From Schmidtea polychroa (taxonomy: Eukaryota): 64,000 nt of DNA. Position 1 is the first letter of the stretch, and every line of letters starts with the position of its first letter. The stretch is from the NCBI GenBank assembly GCA_044892525.1, contig CM097885.1, positions 37,636,001 through 37,700,000 of the forward strand, in the 5' to 3' direction. The notes under the pieces are model-generated. The model had not been told where the DNA came from, made no database searches, and was given only the letters and a program-made list of their open reading frames with translations. The position numbers and the translations under genes were made by a program. Positions 1-14,050 of the stretch are shown here, piece by piece.

Positions 1-678
1 GATGTATAGTCATGACAACTTTGTTGCATAAGTGGATAAATATGAAGTTATCGTTAGTTGTTTATGTAGTAGTAGTTGTTGTTGTTTATGCGATTATTTT
101 GTTTGAATTGATAAGGTAAATTGATAGATTGGTTAAAATAAAAAACTATGATTTCACCCCATTTTCAATTTGATATATTTTCTATTTCTTTTAACAGATT
201 TAAAATTTGTTTGTTGGCCAATTTGACTAAAATGATTTTTATGTTTATTTTGATTTCATGTCAGTAACTGCGGTAAAATTGTGAGGTCTTTTATATAATG
301 ATTAATTCCCAAATTTTAATGTTGAAATATTTTTTATCTCGTCTTTTTTGTATTCTTCGCAAGCCTTTCATTGTCATAATTCAATAAGGCGTAATTTAAT
401 GAATTTAAAGCTTTCAATTAATTTTAATTTCTTTAAAATTTACAAAACCAAATCCTTATCTTTGTTTTCAGACAACACTTTAGCAAATAATATTTCACAA
501 TATTGCTCAAAATGATCCAATGAAGACATTTTATAAAGGTGAATACAAAAGCCAGCAACTGAAGATTATTTTTAATTAGAACTTATCTTCATGGTTTTAC
601 TCATTTGGTGTGGGGTTCAAAAAATTAATTATTTTTACTTTACTTTATTATTTATTGCTTTTATACTCCATTTATTTA

Positions 679-1002
<324 letters not shown>

Positions 1003-1068
1003 TTAAACAAATAAATAAGAAGATCATCCTTCTGACAAAAGTATGTATTAAATGAAAAGAAATTCATA

Positions 1069-2000
<932 letters not shown>

Positions 2001-2415
2001 GTAGGCCCGCTGCGCCAGAGGGAGATTGCCACTCACCTTTAATAAATCATCTTTAAAATAGAGGAATTGATAACAACAAAAATGAATTGTTTGTTTTTTA
2101 ATAAAGCTTTCTAGTAAATCATTGAAAATACTTTGTAGAAGAGATTGTTGTGAATCGAATGATCTATAAATCATTGAAATGTTTCATGATGAATAAGAAG
2201 AGAAAGTTGAAAAGATATAGAAAGAAAATTTTGGGATGTTTTTTTTAAAAAGATTTTAGACATCATTTAGACAACAAATGAAAAGTTTTAATGATTCACA
2301 AAACATAATGGATAGTTTCAAATTCTATACAACTTAAATTGTGCCACAGAAATAAGTGACTGAAAATTTGCTTGCAAATGGTGATTATAAAGATATTTTC
2401 AGTATTAGTCTAGAG

Positions 2416-2742
2416 CAGTGCTTCCCAAAGTGGGTCATCTGCCTCTTTAAGGGTACAGAAATATTTTCAAAAATAATTGATATATTTTAATTTCTGACTA
2501 CAAAGTAAATTTATTTAATGAAATAATATTATTATTATTATTTTATTTAATTAACAAATTTAATCTATTTTTATATTTTCAAAAGTGAGATAAAACAAAA
2601 TAAAACTGTTTTAAAAATGTTTAATATTTGTTTGGACAGTGTAAAACAAACATAGAATATCAAAAACTAAAATAATTAAATTTGGTCACGAAAAATATTT
2701 TGTAAATTTTTGAAGCACAACAAATAATTTGGGAAAAAGATA
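2416..2742. mobile_element. Degenerate hAT-Charlie-type MITE
   Basis: Left end CAGTGCTTCCCAAA preceded by GTCTAGAG (Charlie NTCTAGAN target). Right end only partly matches (TTTGGGAA). Confidence 0.4.
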
Positions 2743-3225
2743 GACCTATAATTAATATAACCTGGACTCATTTGAAAATGTTTTATTAAAATTGGTCCTT
2801 GGTCCCTCAGTCAAAACATAATTAATTCAAATAATGTGTAAAAAATATAAAAAAATAAAAAAATGTGTAAAATAGAATTTCTTTAAAAATTACTAAATCA
2901 AAAACGCTTTTTGACGTAAAATTTTAAAAAAATAAAATTACAAGGAAAATAAATGAAAATTATTTTCAAAGAAGAAAATATTTCCAGTTACTATCTCAAA
3001 ACGCCAGCAATCCAAAAGGTTTTAATCATCAAAGTCCCTTCTGGTATTGAAAATGTTTTGAAGTTTCAGATAATAATTCAGATTCTCAATATTCATTAAC
3101 CAGATTACTTTCGGATCAGTCAACAAAAGATATTTCAACAAAAAGCCAGAAATAATGATTATAATTCAAAACTCAAAAAAAAGAGAAAAATCTCGTATTT
3201 CCATTGACAATCGTAGAGTTGAAAT

Positions 3226-3235
3226 CTGATTGGTT
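3226..3235 (-). promoter_or_regulatory. Candidate NF-Y CCAAT box upstream of the protocadherin start
   Basis: CTGATTGGTT is AACCAATCAG on the minus strand, a full RRCCAATSRG match about 100 bp before the ATG. Confidence 0.4.
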
Positions 3236-3330
3236 GAATTTCAAAGTTATGATTTAATTGGTGAAAAATCTTAATAAATGAAAGGTAACTGAAATTATTT
3301 TAATTGATTTATATTCATCAACAGTACAAT

Positions 3331-3965
3331 ATGCGTCGAATATTGTTTTTAATTATTTTAATTTTGTTTCCCAGTCTCAGTGTTGAGTTTGAATGTCAAT
3401 TAAAAGAAGAGAGTATTGTTGGAACTGTTCTCACTGACATCCTTAATGGTAGACCTTGCAACATTTTACAGAAACGGTCTCTCTCATTCAATACAATTCA
3501 GATTTTAATGAACAAAATTACTGTGAAAATTTTGCCAATTCAAGAAAATCGAATTAGCAATTATTTCGAAATAATTAACAATGACGATTTGAGATATTCT
3601 TTGAACAGTAAAAACGATCATTTACGGATTGGAGATATACGAGTGAAAAAGCCGATTGATCGAGAATCTCTCTGTGGAGATATTGGAAAATGTTGTGATT
3701 CGGAACCGTTTTGTTTCTTTGAACTGAAAGTGCTAGTTCGAGTTCCATCTATCGACGGCAAACAATCTTACAGTACCTCACAAAAAATCAGTTCAACAAT
3801 GAATATAGAAACGATACGAATTAAAATCATCGACATTAATGACAATTTACCACATTTTTCACAGCCGGTTAAAACAATTGAAATATCAGAATCCACACAA
3901 ATAGGTGCTAAAATTCCTCTACCTTTAGCTGTTGATGAAGACTCAAAAAATTTCAATATTATCAG
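3331..3965 (+). CDS. Protocadherin coding exon 1 (signal peptide, EC1, start of EC2)
   Basis: ATG at 3331 then hydrophobic signal MRRILFLIILILFPSLS. Cadherin motifs LKEE, IDRE, DINDNLPHF, ISES, AVDED. Cys-rich EC1 loop DRESLCGDIGKCCDSEPFC. Donor AG|GTATTG at 3966 (phase 2) joins exon 2 in frame, giving NFNIISYRL. Confidence 0.92.
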
Positions 3966-4142
3966 GTATTGCATTTCTCTTTTCATTGTATGCATCGTAA
4001 AATATAAAAAGCCATATCAATTAAAACAATTCTCCCAGTTTGTCCATATAAATATTAATCTGACATAAGCTTTACATGAATAAAACAAAAAAATTAACTT
4101 ACTATAATTTTATTAATAAAAATTGCCATTCGTACATCTTTT

Positions 4143-4319
<177 letters not shown>

Positions 4320-5908
4320 CGATAGCATCACTATCATCATCAAGTTACCTACATTAACGACAACTGAATAACTATACTATATTGATAATATATAAACAAA
4401 TTATAAAATCTATAAATTTTAAATTATAAATTTTAAAATTATAAATTTGATAAATTAGTTTTTTATCAAACAAGTCAAATGAGATTCCTGGTTACTAAAT
4501 CGGTTAAAGTTTACATTTAAAGTTTGCAGTGATATCTGATGGCGGTAAATATCTTAACATTCTTACTCCGATTTTTTTAACCAAATGTTCTATGAAAACA
4601 TTATTTTGCTATTTAAAAATGTGACTATAATGATTTATGAAATAATATGATTTTCAGTAACATAAATTTTAGCGCTTAAAATTATATTAAAATTATATTA
4701 CTGAATAATAATATAATGCAGGATTCTGAGTTGAATAAAATCAGTAATATTAAATCAAAATATTTTTCTAACTTATCTTCATTAAAAAAAAAGTTTAGAA
4801 AATGTTTCCTATTTTCTTATTTGTTGTTCATTTGAAACTATTAATTACAATTTATTTTCTTAACAAAACATTTAATCAACTCAGTGAACATTATAAAAAA
4901 TAAAAATTTTTAATTTACTCATTTATAATTTAATGTCTTCAGATTTTGAATAAATTTCAATTGCTAATAAACTGATTTTAATTTAATTTTATAATCAATT
5001 TGAACATTTGCTCAATTATTATATTTCAAATGTTATAACGTTAATTGATTTATTTCTTTTATTATTGACTTAAATATTAATTAATTTTATTTTCTTATTT
5101 ATTTAAACAAAAATTAATAAATCGATATATTTGAGATTTATATCGAGAGAACATCAATATTTTTAATTATTTTTATTTTTTAATTTTATAAAAATGGTAG
5201 CAAATTTATATATACATATATATATATTTCCATTTGAATTGTTTTAATAAGACAAACTATATTTATTATTAACATCCTTCGTTTATTGTTCACCCTTGAA
5301 CTAATTTTATTTTATTTTAACATTTTTGAATATAATTTATGAGTATGATTAGACAGACGAACTTTTGTATTTATAATCTTAAAATATCATTAAAATATAA
5401 AAATCTTTAAAACAATTGCCTGGAGCTCAGGCTTACCGTATTATTGTTGCTAAAATTCCTTGGAAAAATGGTTAATTATCTATAATTTACAATATAAATG
5501 TATCATAATGTTATATTGCCCATATACAATGCTTATATAAGAAAATATGTATATACTTATATTTAAATTATATAACCTCATACATTAAAGTTTTCAGCGA
5601 AAACACGCGCCGTATTTTTTTTAAACATCCCAATTTATGTCTAATTCCATCAAGAGATTAATGTTGATATTATTTTAAATAACATTTTTTTCTGACATAG
5701 ATATAACAATTTAATCCTTTCAAAAAAATACATTATTTCTTATTGAATTTTTGTTAAATTACTTCAATATTTTCTCAAAAAAAAATTGTTTGATATGTGT
5801 TTTGCTTATATAAACCTCATGTATAACATATATAAAAATTGACATTAAGTTGTTATTTATTTAATTTTTTATAATTTAATTAAGTTTCATCATTGTCATA
5901 CATTGACA

Positions 5909-5943
5909 AACACTTGAAAAAGGCAGAGCTGAAAATTTGTGTT
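5909..5943 (+). ncRNA. Minimal hammerhead ribozyme motif, U3-A8 core (family C)
   Basis: AACAC-TTGAAAA-aGGC aga GCT-GAAA-AT-TT-GTGTT: stem I, core, stem II, GAAA, palindromic AATT, UH. Confidence 0.55.
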
Positions 5944-6312
5944 GGATATAAATCAAAATATTAAGCCGTAGCCTAAAAAATATGTGAATATAAAAAAATT
6001 TAAAAAAGAATCATTGGTTATAAAAATAAAAACTTGTACTAATATCATAAAGAGGTTAAACTGAATAATATTGTTAAATTATTAATAAAAGCTATAAAAG
6101 CTTTTTTAAAATTAAAAAAATACATTAACTTCTTAGCGCTATGCTTTTTTAGAAGAGGTAAAAACTATTTTTTCATTAAATAATTAAACCAATTTATTAT
6201 TTTTATAAAAACCTTTTTTCCAATTTTACCACTGATTATTTTTTCCATTGAATTAATTAAAAAGAGAGCTTGAAGACTATAAATCAGTAATATATCGATG
6301 TTTGTTGATATT

Positions 6313-6342
6313 CACGAATTTTCGGCACTGCCTTTTCAAGTG
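6313..6342 (-). ncRNA. Minimal hammerhead ribozyme motif, U3-A8 core (family C)
   Basis: Minus strand CAC-TTGAAAA-GGC agt GCC-GAAA-AT-TC-GTG. Confidence 0.6.
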
Positions 6343-6360
6343 AAGTTTTTGCAAAGAATT

Positions 6361-6391
6361 CACTTGATAAAGGCAGTGCCGAAAATTCGTG
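6361..6391 (+). ncRNA. Minimal hammerhead ribozyme motif, U3-A8 core (family C)
   Basis: CAC-TTGATAA-aGGC agt GCC-GAAA-AT-TC-GTG; stem I extends to ATTCAC/GTGAGT. Confidence 0.65.
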
Positions 6392-7313
6392 AGTATTAAC
6401 AAACATCGATATATTACTGATTTATAGCCTTCAACTCTCTTTTTAATAAATTCAATTTATTATTTATATATAATTAAGTTGTTATAAATGAAATTTATTG
6501 ATAAAAATATAAATTTGTCTAAAAATACAAAAATAATACTTTTTTCTTAAATTTTAAATTATTTTACAATGTCCATATTCAATTCAGGTACGTAATATTT
6601 TTGCGGACGAAATTTCACGTATGCCCGAAATATTTTGCTCTTTTTATATCATATGCCGATTTCAGTTTTTTTATATTTTTTTCAAATTATATTATAATTT
6701 CAAGCATAGTATTTTAATAATCCTTGAAAAATGCTGTTAGTGTGAAATGAAAATAAATGCAAAAACTAAGTGGTATAGAGTTATGTAAACCCGAAAATGT
6801 TTGAGAGTTTCTAGTTTCTTCTTTCATCAGGTATTAATGTATTCTAAACTTTGTTGAACTTCTACTTATATTTTTTTACTTCATTTATTTGATTTTGTTC
6901 CATAACAAAAATAAAAACCTCGAAATAATAAATAAAATAAAACGTCTATTTAAACAATCAAATATTTCAATCCTATCTCATAATATCAGAAGTCTGAAGA
7001 AGAAAGTTTAAAGTTTCTCTAATTTAAACAATTGGCAAAATCTTTTCCAAATTTATTATAAAGTTTGCACCACAAAACAATAATTGACAGTGAACATGTG
7101 GGATTCCTAGAATAATTCCCCCAATTAGAAATACAATTAATTTCTCCATTATTTAGTGTATAATGCAAATTAATTGGTTACGTCAATCTCTAGTTTTAAA
7201 GTTAATGAATAATTGCCGGTCGGATGATTTGGAATGGGATAATTAGCATATTGGAAATTTCTTATGCAAAACTAAACTAACAAATTAATTCACTTAAATT
7301 TATATAATTAATA

Positions 7314-7459
<146 letters not shown>

Positions 7460-7462
<3 letters not shown>

Positions 7463-9900
7463 ATTCTAGATACATTACATGGATCTAAGTATTTTAGTTC
7501 TATAGACCTTGGGAACACTTATTATCAAGTGAAATTGGACATAGAATCGCAAGAAAAGACAGCATTTTCTACTAAAGATGGGCAATTTTGTTTTAATAGA
7601 ATGCCTTTTGGCATTGCGGCGGCACCGGGTACATTCCAAGAATTAATGACAAAAATATTGAAAGATCTATGGAAAGAAGGAGTTATGGTGTATTTAGATG
7701 ATATTTTAATTTTTACAAGAACAATTGAAGAACATTACAATGTGTTTGGAAAAGTTCTAGAGAAAATAATGGAATCTAAATTGAGAATCAACCCAGAAAA
7801 ATGTCAGTTATTAAAGAGCGAAGTAAAGTTTTTAGGGCACATTTTTAACAGTCAGGGGATTCGGACAGATCAAAGTAAAATTGAGGCTATTAAATCATTT
7901 CAGAGGCCTAAGTGTATAAAGAATTTGAGAAGCTTTTTAGGTATATGTAACTATTATCGGAGATTTATTAAGGAATATGCAACAAAATCAAGAGCGCTAG
8001 AAAGCATGTGTGGAAGCAATAGTGAAAAAATAATCTGGACTGAGGAATGTGAGAAAGCTTTCGAAGAAATGAAAATGGCGTTGACAACAGCGCCAATTCT
8101 CGTATTTCCAGATTTCAAGAAAATTCATATTAGATACAGAAGCAAGCTTTGATACAATTGGAGCTGTATTATCACAAAGAGATGAAATGGGGCATGAACA
8201 CGTTATTGCATATGGATCCCATGCAATGAGTAGCCATGAAAGAGGATATTGTATAACATGAAAAGTGCTTTTGGCTATACATTATTTCTGTCGCCATTTC
8301 AACCATTATTTATATGGTAAACGGTTGTTTTTGCGCACTGATCATAAAGCAATAACTTTTATGTTAATGACAAAGAAGCCTATAACAGCACAGTTCCAAA
8401 CGTGGATAAATTACTTGAGCAGTTTAGAAATAAAAATGGAGTTCAGAAAAGGTACGGCGCATACGAATGCAGATATGCTGTCTAGAAATACATGCGTCAA
8501 ATGTGTGCAATGTTTGATGGACCATGATAACCCCAAATCAGGGCGATTAAAAACTAGATTGTTAACATTGATGACCGAAAATAAGGGAAATGAATGGCAA
8601 AGAGATAATGCAGAAATACAAGAAATATAAGATCAAATAAATGAAAGGAAAAATAATAAATATATGTTAAAAGGAAATATTATCTATACCAATCAAAACA
8701 AAATATGGATACCAGAAACAAAAAGACGAGAAATGATTAAGGAAACACATTTATTATTATACCACGCAGGAGTAGAAAAAGTTATGAAATATATTAGGAA
8801 CAATTTTGATATGGAAGATTTGCTAAATGAAGTAAAAGAGACTATTTCAATATGTGAAGCATGTCAGAAAAACAAAGTTTTAACTACAAAGTCAAAAGAA
8901 AAAACCCAAGTAATTCAGGCTTCAGAACCTATGGAGAAAATATACATGGATATTTGCGGTCCATTAAGAGAAACCTTCAGAGGAGAAAAATATATTTGTT
9001 AAATAATTGGATATTGAAATTTTGAGCCCCTAAGGAACTTCATGTTGATTGTGGAAAGAATTTCGAAGCAAATAGTATTAAAGAACTAGCAAAGGCAGCA
9101 GGACTTGAGTTGATATTTTCGAGTCCGTATCATCATAATACTAATGGTGTAATTGAAAGACAATTTCGTACTATAAGAGACTATATTAAAGCGTCACTCA
9201 GAGAAGGAGTTAAAGAAAAAGCTGGGCAGAATTAATACCTGATATAGAATACGTTTTAAATGTGACAGCTCAAAAAACTACTGGAGTGAGTCCAGCAGAA
9301 ATTATATTTGGAAGAAAGATTAATAGATCGCAATGGCATAGTAATAATGAAGTGGATAGAAATGAAATCATGCGGAAATTAGAGGCTAAAAGACAGCAAG
9401 CGAAAGAAATTGGCACAACTTGGAACTTAGAAGTGGAGGACAAAGTATTGGTGAAACAAGAAATTAGAAACAAAGATCACGAGAGATATGAAGGACCATA
9501 CACAGTAATAAAACGAAATCATGAAAGAAGTTACTTATTAACAGACGAAAACGGGAGAAAAGTAACGAGGAATATAGAAAAGTTAAAGCATTTTAAAGAA
9601 GGGAGGATGTAAGGAGTTAGTAAATCTCTATATAAAATTATTATGGTTAAATGGTAGAAGTGAGATCAGTTAGTAGAAATAATTATTTCTGTTAAATTTT
9701 TATATTTAAATTCTATATTAAATTATTTCATATTATATTAAATTATATTAAATTAAATCAATTAAATGGATGACCAGTAATTACATTAATATTAATAATT
9801 ATCACGCCTCGGTGTTTAAATACGCTAGTAAACGGCACAATTTTGAAGTTGTTATAAAAATAAATGCTTGAAGAAGATTTGAATTTAATTGCGTCTAACA
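7460..9900 (+). mobile_element. 5'-truncated Ty3/Gypsy LTR retrotransposon (RT-RNase H-integrase pseudogene, PPT, 3' LTR)
   Basis: RT motifs FSSIDL..YYQV, RMPFG, YLDD, FLGH. RNase H (RTDHKA, NADMLSR) and integrase (H..GVEK, ICEACQK, SPYHHNTNGVIER), with frameshifts and stops. Polypurine tract AAAGAAGGGAGGA, then TGTAAGG at 9608; putative LTR ends CTAACA at 9900. Confidence 0.93.
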
Positions 9901-9919
9901 ACCTTGTCGACAGGTTGTT

Positions 9920-10775
9920 TGAGAATAAAGAATTCACCAAAGAGAAAATAACAGCAAAGATGTTGATATTATGTAGCGGTCCGAGTAACAAAAAACTGGA
10001 ATGAACTGAAGGAACGAATAACGTATTCGAGGGATTGGAAAGATGAAATGAGAGAGTAATTGCGTATGGATCACACTCGATGACGAGCCATGAAAAACGA
10101 TATTGCATTAGAAGAAAGGAACTATTGGCGGTATACTATTTTTGTATTCATTTTAGGCACTATCTCTACAGAAGGAGATTTACGCTAAGGACAGACCACA
10201 AGGCGATCACGTTTATGATGACAACCAAGAAACCAATTACTTCACAATTCCAAACCTAGATCAATTATTTGAGCAGTTTGGATATAATCGTTGAATACAT
10301 AAAGGGTGTTAATCACCAAAATGCAGACATGGTGTCCAGAACTAAATGTGAAACGTGTGTTCAATGTCAAATGGCCCACGGAGAAGCTCAGAGAGTAAAG
10401 ATAGAAACTAGATTACTAGACTCGATTAGAGAAGGTAGAAGCACCAATCAACAAGGAAATTTGGAAGAAGAATTACGAAAGAAAAAGATGATATCAGAAA
10501 ACAAGATACAAGAAACCATAAAGGAAATACATAGACTATTGTGTCATGCTGAAATCGAGAATATAGCCAATTATATGAAAGATAGATATATTCGAAAAAA
10601 CCTGTGGAAACTATTCGAAGTTATGAGACCTGTCAAAAAATCAAGGCTATAACAATTAAAACGAAGGAACCAGTAAAAAAACTAGAAACAACAGAAATGT
10701 TCGAAATTATATTCGTGGATATATGTGCACCAATTCAAGAAACAAAAGGACGTAAGAAGTATATATTGGGTATAA
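9920..10775 (+). mobile_element. Second, diverged Ty3/Gypsy pol fragment (RNase H to integrase zinc finger)
   Basis: Reads VIAYGSH, RTDHKAITFMMTTKKPITSQFQT, NADMVSRTKCETCVQC and HRLLCHA, paralogous to the element upstream. Confidence 0.88.
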
Positions 10776-10776
10776 T

Positions 10777-12440
10777 ATGAATTTGTTTCCTGCATTGCAC
10801 AATATGATAGACAAAGTATGGATGAAATTATGGTTTCGTTTGATGTTTGTAGTCTGTTTACTAATGTACCATTGGTTGAAACAATTGAATTATATTGCTT
10901 GTTATGGAATGAAAATATTTCTGAACATCATATTTTGGATAGAACAGCATTTCGTGAACTTCTTGTATTTGCTACTTCAAAAATCAATTTTCTTTTCAAT
11001 AATGAATGGTATCAACAGATAGATGGAGTTGCTATGGGTTCTCCTTTAACACCAACGATGGCTTCAATTTTTTTAACAAGCTTAGAAAAGAAAATTGCAT
11101 CTTTCCAAGGTATGAAACCCACTGTTTATAAACGGTATGTGGATGATATTTTTCTTATATTTGAAAATCAGAGGCATGTTGACCCGTTTTTGCATTATAT
11201 GAATAGTCTACATAAAAACATTGTATTCACATGTGAAACGGAGAAAAAATCATGGTTTGCTTTCTTGGATCTGTTAATACAACGCAAAGAGAAACACTAT
11301 GAGACATAGATTTATAGAAAACTAACTGATACTGGTCTCTATACTTCTTCCAAAAGTTTTTGTGAATTCAAGTATAAAAGAAATATGGTGAAGGGGTTGA
11401 TTTATCGTGCATGGTCTTTGTCTTCTACTTTTAAAAATTCAGTAAAAGTGTTGACATATTGGTTGAATTGTTAATGAAGAACGGTTATTCAAAATCCTTT
11501 TTATTAATTATGGTGAAAGAGACTGTTGACAAATTTATTAAAAATCCTAAAGATCCATGTTTGAGAAAATCTGGGTGTGATGTTGTTGAGATGTGTGAGC
11601 CTGATGAGTTAAAATCTGGGTGTGATTTTGTTGAGGTGTGTGTGTCAGATGAGTTAAATAAATTAAATAGTGTGAGCAAGGATGATGAGCCTAAATTTGT
11701 GTTAGTATTGTCGTACTCAGAAGGTTTTAAGGATTATAAAGTGAAGATAAGAAATCAGTTAGGGAATTTAAACTATAGGATAGTGTCAACTTCATGGAAA
11801 GTACGCAATATGTTTATTAATAAGTCATAAACTCCGGTTGAATTGTGTGCCGATCTCGTTTATCAGTTTACATGTAATGGGTGTAATGTCACATACATTG
11901 GAGAGACTTCCCGTAATCTCTGTATTCGAGCTCGAGAACATTGTAGACCGAAGGCTTTGACCCATATTGGTGAGCACAATAAGGGCTGTAAGATTAAAAT
12001 AGGTATGTCTGATTTTAAAATTTTATTAAAAAATTTCGATAATTATTGGGAACGTGTGATTTGTGAGGTGTTGTTGATAAAGTCATTGAATCCGAAAATT
12101 AATGTGCAGAATGCAGTAAATACTTGTGTTTTGAGTGTTTTTAAATAAGTTTTTTTTATATTGTATGTATTGATTGTTGTATTAAATTAAATAATTAATA
12201 AAAATTTTTAAATTATTAAATTAAATTATAAATGTTAAAATTTTAAAAAAATAATATTTTCTTTATAAAGTAAAACATTTTTTTATATATAATTAATAAA
12301 TTTGTTTAAAATCCTTAATTTACATAGTTATTATATCCCACCTGATGATGACAGGAAAACTGTCGAAATTAATCGTGAAAAGAATGTTTGATTGGCGTTA
12401 TCTTATAATTAAATCATTGCCATGTATGTTTAACTATTTA
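10777..12440 (+). mobile_element. Penelope-like element family A (RT + GIY-YIG endonuclease pseudogene + pLTR), 5'-truncated
   Basis: RT motifs SFDVCSLFTNVP, QIDGVAMGSPL, RYVDD, FLDLLI, IYRK. GIY-YIG LVYQFTCNGCNVTYIGETSR..RAREH..EVLLIK..P.IN. Hammerhead in the 3' region; ends at (AAT)n. Confidence 0.93.
12339..12377 (+). ncRNA. Minimal type-I hammerhead ribozyme (PLE family A)
   Basis: CAC-CTGATGA-tGACAG gaaaa CTGTC-GAAA-TTAA-TC-GTG: canonical core with palindromic stem III ATTAAT. Confidence 0.85.
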
Positions 12441-12467
12441 TTCAATAATAATAATATTAATATTAAT

Positions 12468-12506
<39 letters not shown>

Positions 12507-13951
12507 TAAAACAATAAAATGAATATTTAAGCCTTTTGCTGCAAATAATGTATTTAATGAAAGAATTTTCGACTATACGATAATAATAGTAATAGTGATA
12601 AATAATAATCCATGTATTCCAGAGTTCTGGAAATCCGTTATTTTTACAGATGTACCTGTAATTTAATTTATATTTCTTTAAATTCTGGTATTGAGAATAC
12701 TCAGATTGTTAAAAGAATTTATCATGTTTATTCGCCATTTCTGCTATATTTAGAAATCGTGATTTTGTCATTTGGACTGTTCACATTTTTAAAATTTCAT
12801 AAATATAACATAAATTATCAAGAGATTATTTTTCATTTAAAATGTAATCACAAAAGATTAATTATTATTTGTCAAGAACCTCGCCAAAGCAATATTCCAA
12901 ATCATAACACACCAAAATTTTTCTATTGTCGGAAAGTGGAAAAATTAGAAGGGCCTTCTTTATTATAATTTTATTATTTTTATCCGTAAAAAAATATTTT
13001 ACTTCATTACAAGTTAAAAATGCTAAATATTTACGGATACACTTGTAAACAGTTTCTGTGTATGACGGTGTCTCCAGATGCGAATATGATTTTTCATACG
13101 CCATGTTTACAAGTTTGCAGATATTTGTTTTCTGTGATTTAGCTAATTTGCAAGTGATGTGATTTGTTCTATTGTAGGAAAGTAGAAAAATTAGAAGGGC
13201 CTTCTTTATTATAATTTTATTATTAAAACCAACAATTCGGAATTTCTACTTAATCTTTATTTTACTTTAACAGTTTGTTTGTAATCTCATTTTAAATTTT
13301 AATAATATAAAATATCGATTTTGTTTGAATTACACAGTTCTTTCACACTTACTTGAAATCTCTCAACATCCTTTTCAATGGAGATTGATTTCACTCTTGA
13401 AGGATTATTTTTCTTTTTACCAGGGAATATCTTTTATTAGAATTCAGTTGGGGTTTTATTATGAAATATTTTTATTATATTCTTTAAATTAGTTATTGAT
13501 TTAATGTCTGAGATAAAATTTAATCAATAATAAATCTTCAAAAAATCATTTCCCGATTTTGATATTTTGGCTGAATTAATTGCAAAAAGGAAAATTTATA
13601 TATTTTCTTATAAATGAAAATGGAAAATAAAATTCATATAAACTGATAATTAAATAAAAAAGACTTTCTGTCAAAATCACTTTTATTAAACAAAAATATT
13701 GTATTAACCTGCCAAACTTTCACAGTATCATTGTGAGGAAATTTTCACTAGCCAACAAAAGCCAATTTATTAATTTTTTTATTATTAAATACAATTTTAA
13801 TTCATGAAAATTAAAATATAATTATGATTGGCAGCTATAAGTTCAATTTTTATATATTTTTTTTCAATCTTTTTTTTCCCTTTTTAATTTCTTATGCAAA
13901 ATTAAACTAACAAATAAAATAACTTTAATTTTATAATTAATAAATAACAAT

Positions 13952-13996
<45 letters not shown>

Positions 13997-13999
13997 TAT

Positions 14000-14050
<51 letters not shown>

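Larger units (their letters stand above)
6247..6456. repeat. 210-bp imperfect palindrome containing two oppositely oriented hammerhead motifs
   Basis: Arms ATTGAATT...TCAAGTGAA and TTCACTTGA...AATTCAAT around a short spacer. Related decayed copies at ~35600-35715 and ~55815-55935. Confidence 0.9.

Noticed and set aside
3966..4068. C-terminal extension of ORF 3304-4068
   Set aside because: Read-through into intron 1; cadherin similarity continues instead at 23723.
6247..6456. Pre-miRNA interpretation of the hairpin
   Set aside because: The arms are too long, belong to a dispersed repeat and contain ribozyme motifs.
6800..6835. CTGATGA on the minus strand (also 11601, 34741, 38451, 50777, 52389)
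   Set aside because: No convincing stem II, GAAA and stem I arrangement, so not called hammerheads.
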